Below are positions 58,070 to 64,000 of a DNA stretch of 64,000 nt, piece by piece. Positions within the stretch are counted from its first letter, which is position 1. Every line of letters begins with the position of its first letter. This DNA comes from Oligoflexia bacterium (lineage in GTDB: Bacteria > Bdellovibrionota > UBA1018): the NCBI GenBank assembly GCA_023701205.1, contig JAMPXJ010000021.1:10054-74053 (forward strand), read 5' to 3'. A model generated the notes under the pieces. It was not told where the DNA came from, did not search any database, and worked only from the letters and a program-made list of their open reading frames with translations. Both the position numbers and the translations under genes were made by a program.

Positions 58070-58814
58070 CTAGCCCGTTTTCACATAGACCACGTGACGG
58101 ACTTCTCTTTTCATTAACCGACCCAGAGTCTTAATGGCTGGCTGAGAGGTCCCGCCGCGAAACTCGGCGACAGCAAGAGGTGACCCGTCTTGCTGATGCC
58201 CAGACCTTGGATCTAAGGATGCAGGCAGAACGTGAATCCTCCTGTCCGCGCGCCTCCCTCCTGTGCGACATACGTGAATGCGCCCATGAACCCAAGGGCG
58301 GAGCTTTCTTTTTAACTAAGGTCATCAGGGCAAGATCAGTGCGCCCAAAAAGGACATCGTATCGGATGCCGAAGCCAAGGCGACGCAGCAGCAGCCCGAA
58401 ATCAACGTCGTCCGCCAATGACACTCCGATGCGGACATTCCGCGGTACTTTGCCAGCTACCTCCTTGAGCGTCCGCTTGAGCCACGGAATGGCTTGATGT
58501 CTTTTTCTCGGGTCATATTCAAAGAAGATCACGCTTTCGCCGCGGACTCTTGGCTTCTTTGCTTTCATGGTCAGCAGGACTGCCAGAGGAGCGCCTTTCA
58601 CCCGGAAAATCCGAATCGTACCCGTGCTCCTGGCCTGAGATAGGATTTGCGAAGCGATGGCCTCTTGCGCGGCTTCTGCCTTTTTGCTCGGCGCCCGCCT
58701 AACTCCGGAGTGCTTTAACCGACTCATCGCCATCCACTTGGCGAGATTCTGAATCAGGGCTGACGTTTCGGCATCACTGAGGTGACCCATTGTTTTCTTT
58801 GTTCGTGCTCTCAT
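58070..58814 (-). pseudogene. Decayed GNAT-fold-like gene
   Basis: After KKKAPP, coding sense continues in other frames: GFTFCLHP*IQGLGISKTG (in-frame TAG) and FRGGTSQPAIKTLGRLMKR...KTG*. Confidence 0.55.
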
Positions 58815-58827
58815 TGCGGGTTCAATT

Positions 58828-59543
58828 TTAAGTTCGAACGCCACTTTCCAAAAAGGCGATCTCGGGCTTTTTTGTGTCAACCTGACACATCACCCCGAGC
58901 GGGAAGGTGATCAACGGATCGGAATGCCCGAAGTCCACGCCGGTGATGACGGGGAAGCGATAACCCCGAAGGGCGTCATCGAGAATCATCTCCAGGCTGT
59001 CATCCGCTTTGAAACCAACGGAGCTGACGAAGCGACCGACGACCAACCCCGCGATCTGATCAAAGACGCCCATATGGCGAAGTTGCGTGAACATTCGGTC
59101 GATCGTTCGGGAGGACTCGGCTTCGTCGTCCTCGACAAAGAGGATTCTGCCCTTCATCTTCGGCCAATAGGGCGTTCCCGCCAGGAGGAGCAGGGTGCCG
59201 ACGTTGCCTCCGATGATCGGGCCTTTCGCTTTTCCTTTGCGGTAAACGCGCCAGCCCTCATTGGGTCTGATGGGAATTATATCCGCCCCAATAAGCCAAG
59301 ATTCCATCGATCTTCGGGTTGCGGAAAAAATCATGGAGCGCTTTGCCGCTCTTTGATCGTCCCGGCGGCGTGGCCCACCGTCTTTCGGCAATTCGCAGCC
59401 TCCACCACCTGGAAGCCCTTGCTCCGGAGAAAGCCGTAACTTCGTTGAATCGCTTCCTCGGAGCTGACCGAGATCGGCGTGGAAAACGCGACGATGCCGA
59501 GAGTGTCACCCGGCTTGAGCGCCTTGGGTTTGAGCAGCTTCAA
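58828..59543 (-). pseudogene. S66 LD-carboxypeptidase/MccF-family gene, frameshifted and internally deleted
   Basis: KPKALKPGDTLGIVA (frame a), NPKIDGILAYWGGYNS (frame b), GPIIGGN..ILFVED..DFGHSDP (frame c); the GYSD nucleophile segment is absent. Confidence 0.88.
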
Positions 59544-60145
59544 ACCTGCCCTCCAAGCTCGAACCGGAAGATCGACCGCTCCGCCTCCGGGTTGCTGAGC
59601 CAGTGAGCGCCGATTCGATGGTACCCGGCCTGTTCAAATCCCTTCGTCAATCCGGGCCACAGGACGTGCTCTTTGTGCTTCTCGACGGCGCTGGCATCGA
59701 AGGGATAGCCCTCGATGGCTTTCCAGCCTCTTTCGCGGCCATAGGCTTTCAGCGCCTCGAGGATCCTGGACTGAAGGCCCGCGCCTCGAAAGGCTTTCGC
59801 GATGGTGAAACAGGTGATCCCCGCAACCGTGTTCGCGCTCTCGCCGACCTGAGCAACCCGCTTCCAGGTCCAATGAAACTCCGAAAGCGGACCCACGGAG
59901 AGCCACGCCACGAGCTGCTCGCCCTGATAGGCCAGCGCGCCGACGTGAAATCCTGAGCGGACTTTTTCAAATACCGCTGCTCGATTTTGATCCGGGCGGT
60001 CCTTTTGCCGCTGCTTCCACTCATCCATGGATGTGACTTTCACGTGCCAGAAGGCGCAGTAGCAACCGCCATCGGACTGACATGCGGTGAGCGACTCATA
60101 GTCGGCGAAATTATCGAGAGTAAGCTGGCGGATCGTGATTTTCAT
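59540..60145 (-). CDS. GNAT-family acetyltransferase-like protein
   Basis: GGCYCAFW, ITCFTIAKAFRGAGL, AIEGYP; ATGA overlap. Confidence 0.85.
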   Translation of the reverse strand: MKITIRQLTLDNFADYESLTACQSDGGCYCAFWHVKVTSMDEWKQRQKDRPDQNRAAVFEKVRSGFHVGALAYQGEQLVAWLSVGPLSEFHWTWKRVAQVGESANTVAGITCFTIAKAFRGAGLQSRILEALKAYGRERGWKAIEGYPFDASAVEKHKEHVLWPGLTKGFEQAGYHRIGAHWLSNPEAERSIFRFELGGQV

Positions 60146-61026
60146 GGGCATTTCTCCTGAGGCTTCAGCAAAAATATAACAGCGATACCATAAAGCAAGG
60201 TTGGAATAATGCCGGTATCTGCCGCGACAGTTTCAAACATCCCGATTCGGGAGCCGGGAATCGCAAAAAAGATGGCCGGAAACAGAAACTGGAATGAGAA
60301 GTTATGGACTGCATGCATCAGACTTGCGGTCCATACGCTTCCGGAGCGCATGCGAAGCCATCCAATCACAACGGAGATTGCCAGAATGGAAAGGAGGTAC
60401 AGCGCGCCCATCAGAACTGGCGAATCGGTGCGATAATAGCCTCCGTACATGATCAGGGGCAGATGCCATAGCGCCCAGATCACACCAGAAACAAGGACTG
60501 GAAACCTGATCCGCGTCACATACAGTTTCGGGAGCAAGAACCCGCGCCACCCGAGCTCCTCGCCAATGGCACCGAGGAGTCCAAGGACGAGGACAAGGAT
60601 TCCCGTTTTTATGCGTCCGTGCAGGACGGCCTGCTCGGGCAGACCGAAGTTTCTGATGTCAAGTAAATCGCAGATGATGGAAGAGGAGAGGCAGAGGATC
60701 AGGGGGATGCCTATGGCGAGAAGCCAATATCTCCGACGGCCCAGGGCAAGTCCGACATCACCGTATCCCGTGCCGGTCCAATATCGGACGGCGAGGGATA
60801 CTAGCCCTGGCACCCACATGATCGCCGTTAAGATCAGAAGAGAGTGGAGACCCGAGAATGAGCGAATGCCTCCATGGTGAATGATCGCACCCATCGCGAT
60901 GTAGGTGATTCCAAAAGTAGTACACAAAAAGAGCAAGAGGGCTCGACGTGTTTTGGTGGCGGATATATTTCCGCCACTTATCCGAAATCTGTTTCGTAGT
61001 TCGCTCATCATACCCGTTGATACCAT
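60142..61026 (-). CDS. CPBP/Abi (CAAX) intramembrane metalloprotease
   Basis: GEELGWRGFL, WALWHLP, SGSVW...HAVHN. Confidence 0.92.
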   Translation of the reverse strand: MVSTGMMSELRNRFRISGGNISATKTRRALLLFLCTTFGITYIAMGAIIHHGGIRSFSGLHSLLILTAIMWVPGLVSLAVRYWTGTGYGDVGLALGRRRYWLLAIGIPLILCLSSSIICDLLDIRNFGLPEQAVLHGRIKTGILVLVLGLLGAIGEELGWRGFLLPKLYVTRIRFPVLVSGVIWALWHLPLIMYGGYYRTDSPVLMGALYLLSILAISVVIGWLRMRSGSVWTASLMHAVHNFSFQFLFPAIFFAIPGSRIGMFETVAADTGIIPTLLYGIAVIFLLKPQEKCP

Positions 61027-61147
61027 AATAATGGTGGCTGTGGAGTGCAGCCTTACGATCCGTCGCCCTGTTTCTCTTTAGTAGACTTCCCTAGCCAACC
61101 CGGGCGTGATAGCAGTTTGCGCTGACTCGGATCGAAGGGGGTATCAG

Positions 61148-61888
61148 ATGCGGCTGCTTTGGCTTGGTTTATTTGTTTTTGGCTCTTGCGCGAATGCTTT
61201 CGCTGCCTTCGAGGAGGCTGAGCTCGCCCGATTGGATGATTCGAGAATTACCTTTTACCTCGATCGTCCCTCATCTCAGTCGACGTATCCGATTCTTCTT
61301 TTCCTGCAGGGTTCCGAATGCAGGTCCATTCGGAGTCGCTCCTTCATGCCCGAGAATCCGGCGTCACTCTACGGTGTGGGCATCGTCCTTATAGAGAAGT
61401 ACGGAATCACCCACCGGCAGAATTCCGAAAACGATTCCTCGAACTGTACGACCGAGTACCGCCAGGGCAATACGCTCGATCAGCGTCTCACTGATGCCCT
61501 TCAGGTGATCGCTCATCTGCGGAAGGCGGAGCCCGGCTGGAATCGAAAGCTTATCATCCTCGGTGGCTCCGAGGGGGCGGCGTTGGCGCCGTTGGTCGGA
61601 GCGTTGACGCCTGAAACGGCGAAAGTCGCCATGCTCGCGGGCGGCAATGGCCGTCTCATGCTCGAGGACATGCGTGAGTCGCTTGAGCTCACGGCCCGGG
61701 CCAACAAGTTGCCGGAGGAGCAGCTCAAAGAGCTCCTGATGGAGTTTGATCAGAAGGTCTTGGAGATCAAAGCTCATCCGCGAACAGATGTCCTTTATCT
61801 TGGCCAGTCTGGCAGCGAGCTTTGGAGTGGTTGCAGTGCTGCACTTGGTGACGCCGCTCAGGAGCGCGCGCGATCAGTAGTGGTCTAG
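61148..61888 (+). pseudogene. Secreted alpha/beta hydrolase, probably 3'-truncated
   Basis: LLFLQGS, IEKYG, GGSEG nucleophile elbow; ends without recognisable catalytic Asp/His segments. Confidence 0.6.
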
Positions 61889-61986
61889 AGTTCAACTCAA
61901 AAGAGTAGTAGGTACAATGACCTAAATGGTATGAGCACGAGCTTCGTAGTGCGCATGTGCTGGGTTCCCACGTTCGTAGATACTCG

Positions 61987-62038
61987 TAGATCAGTTTGAT
62001 CTATAACAATTGCGCATTGCGAGCGGCCGGACTATATA
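61987..62038 (+). promoter_or_regulatory. Putative promoter and upstream dyad for TIGR02147 copy 2
   Basis: TAGATCA-N3-TGATCTA (61987-62003); TTGCGC-N17-TATATA ending 9 nt before the ATG; no SD. Confidence 0.45.
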
Positions 62039-62047
62039 CAGCTTCGA

Positions 62048-62866
62048 ATGAACACGGAAAGTAGCGATTACCGCGATGTCCTGCGGACCGAATATGCGCG
62101 CCGACGCAATAGAAATCCCTCGTATTCTCTCAGGGCGTTCGCTCGCGATCTAGACATCGCGTACTCTCGTTTGAATGAAGTTATAAATGCTAAGCGCGGC
62201 ATTTCTGCTGTTGCTGCTGATCGTTTAGCGATGAACTTGGGATTAAGCGAAACTGAAAAAAACATCTTTGTTGCCCAGGTGGAAGCTAGTCACGGCCGCA
62301 GTAATGCGGTTCGAAATCGGGCACAGGCGAGAGCTCGCGAACTTCGCGCTCAAACTGAACAGAATTCGATTCAGCTCGATGCCTTTGAGATGATTTCTCA
62401 CTGGTATCACTATGCGATTTTAGAGCTTCCTGCGCTTAAGGAATTCCAAGCAGACCCACAGTGGATCGCAGACCGGCTTGGTATCTCAAGGACCGAAGCG
62501 GAAGGAGCGATATCCCGCCTTTTCCGAGTGGGACTGTTAAGGAAAACTAAGACGGGTTTTGAGCCAGCACGTGATTTCACATTCTCAACAACGGATATTC
62601 CGTCCGCAGGGCTAAAACGACATCATGAACAAATCCTTGCCAAGGCCACTGACGCAATTCATTTTCAAGACATCCACGAGCGCGATCTTTCTGCCGTCAC
62701 GGTGGCTATCGATCGTAAGGACATCCCTAAAGCTAAAGAAATGCTGAAAACATTTCGACGGCAATTCATGCGTGAAATGGAAAAAAGCGCAGATCGGGAT
62801 GCAGTTTACAGCTTGGCGCTGCAATTTTTTAGAATCGATAAAACACCTAGGGGGAAAAATGAGTAA
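62048..62866 (+). CDS. TIGR02147-family protein, copy 2 (lower GC)
   Basis: NPSYSLRAFARDL, ISHWYHYAILEL, WIADRLGIS, HERDLS, VYSLALQFF. Confidence 0.9.
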   Translation: MNTESSDYRDVLRTEYARRRNRNPSYSLRAFARDLDIAYSRLNEVINAKRGISAVAADRLAMNLGLSETEKNIFVAQVEASHGRSNAVRNRAQARARELRAQTEQNSIQLDAFEMISHWYHYAILELPALKEFQADPQWIADRLGISRTEAEGAISRLFRVGLLRKTKTGFEPARDFTFSTTDIPSAGLKRHHEQILAKATDAIHFQDIHERDLSAVTVAIDRKDIPKAKEMLKTFRRQFMREMEKSADRDAVYSLALQFFRIDKTPRGKNE

Positions 62867-63401
62867 TATAATCGTCGCGGTTCTTTGTTTGATCGCACTA
62901 ACTCAAGTTGGTTACGCAGGGACAGAAGCTGGGAATGGTGGACAAGACGTTGCGGCACAATTTGTTCAAGCGGCTTACGGCGCTCTAAATGACTTAGATA
63001 ACTACTTTACAGGGCCGGAGAATTATTGCCGCTACAAGGTGTATGCAAGTCTATGTGAGTTGGATCGTGTGGCGGTCAGGGGTGCGATTTCTGAGGCAAA
63101 GGTCCTGGCAGTACCGTCTCTCGTTGAGCAAGATCCAAATACGGGTGAACTAGTCGAATATGCGGCGCTGAATTTTCCTGAGCAAAAGTTGATTAAGGTA
63201 AGTATCGCGTATTGGAAGCGTCCCACGAGCTGCGTAATGAGAAAGATGAATATAGCGTTTCATGAATTTCTCGGCGTAATGCGTTTGGAGGAAACGACGT
63301 ATCAGTACTCATCTCTGTTACGGAATTGGTGGACCAGTAACCACGGAATGATGAGTTTTAAAGGGTGTGAAGAAGAGCGTGGGACTGGTAGTGGCCCATA
63401 G
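62859..63401 (+). CDS. Secreted protein with GTEAGNGG N-terminus and HEFLG motif
   Basis: MSNIIVAVLCLIALTQVGYA signal; 8-bp overlap with the TIGR02147 stop; AALNFP, IAFHEFLGV. Confidence 0.75.
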   Translation: MSNIIVAVLCLIALTQVGYAGTEAGNGGQDVAAQFVQAAYGALNDLDNYFTGPENYCRYKVYASLCELDRVAVRGAISEAKVLAVPSLVEQDPNTGELVEYAALNFPEQKLIKVSIAYWKRPTSCVMRKMNIAFHEFLGVMRLEETTYQYSSLLRNWWTSNHGMMSFKGCEEERGTGSGP

Positions 63402-63439
63402 AGCGATGCGTGCAGCTTGCATTTAAGGGATGGTGAATT

Positions 63440-63574
63440 TCAGGATGGTTTTATGAGACTACGTTTGTCCAATAGGATGGTGATCTGTTGCTTGAGTTGT
63501 TTCGAGTATCCGAGCTGGGCGGCAAGCGAGACTATATCAGGCAGATCCGCCTTTTGCATTCGATCGATGTTCAT
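63440..63574 (-). pseudogene. Truncated GNAT N-terminal fragment
   Basis: MNIDRMQKADLPDIVSLAAQLGY..., ATGA-coupled to the restored ASCH stop, ends after 44 codons. Confidence 0.5.
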
Positions 63575-63953
63575 GGCTCATCCTCAGGGCCAAGAGCAGC
63601 CAGATCCAAGTCGAGTTCGTAAATGCCGCGCGCAGCGACCACGGTCTGGCTCGAGTTCACCGGCCTCACGTCAAAAAGCTCCCAAGTATAATAGCCAGGA
63701 TCCCAGCGGGTCGCGCATGCCGCCGGAATGTCCCTTTGACGTATTCTCTGACTTTCCCGATTTTAACCAAAGCGACAGGCTTCCCGTCCGGATCAACGGC
63801 TTCTTCTTCCCGTAAGAAGGTATGGTTCTCCACGACCAAAAGGTCCTCCTCGGACTCCAGGTTTGGCATCCATGATCGGATTTCCAGAGTCTTCTCGCCT
63901 CGGGCTATTCGAGCCCCATTGGGGCTGACGATAGAAATGCATTTGATCTTCAC
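63571..63953 (-). pseudogene. ASCH/PUA-domain protein with a single frameshift
   Basis: ISIVSP.G..IARGEKTLEIRSW; after about 63735 the family-like tail DIPAACATRWDPGYYTWELFDVRPV..VVAARGIYEL is in another frame. Confidence 0.8.
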
Positions 63954-64000
63954 GACAGTCCTTTCGGTCCAGGCGCAACGACTTCAACCTTAATTCGATC

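Noticed and set aside
58000-64000. Integron cassette array (GNAT, ASCH and Abi are common cassette genes)
   Set aside because: No repeated attC-like sites or integrase found; genes overlap in operons and lie on both strands

Overview
A high-GC bacterial chromosomal segment, most likely from Bdellovibrionota/Oligoflexia. This is inferred from two TIGR02147-family genes, a HAMP-SpoIIE phosphatase, a FecR-like/FN3 protein and many secreted Cys-rich ORFans. No rRNA, tRNA, CRISPR array or intact transposase/integrase was recognised. In order, the window holds: (1) 0-11 kb: a duplicated YcaC-hydrolase/YtcJ-amidohydrolase cluster with a LysR regulator, glutathionyl-hydroquinone reductase, alginate-export-type porin, MFS transporter and pirin. 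(2) 11-14.3 kb: an overlapping operon of ECF sigma, anti-sigma, two stand-alone secretin (GspD) N0-N1 proteins without a secretin barrel, and a secreted ankyrin protein. (3) Secreted Cys-repeat proteins, one with four alpha-hairpinin-like CX3C-X9-CX3C units. (4) A czc-type RND metal efflux operon headed by a CxxC/RPP leader ORF. (5) A tetraheme cytochrome c, an MDR oxidoreductase, yceI and a patch of secreted ORFans. (6) An ABC exporter, GST and oppABCDF. (7) pflB/pflA, VIT1, Nudix and an HNH remnant. (8) A peptidoglycan-processing cluster. (9) ppsA. (10) Two 'TIGR02147 + secreted GxxxxNGG protein' modules bracketing a lower-GC block of decayed genes. The best candidates for undescribed systems are the ECF/secretin-N-domain operon, the TIGR02147-NGG modules and the hairpinin-like precursor. 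All family calls come from motif recognition by eye; no searches were run.
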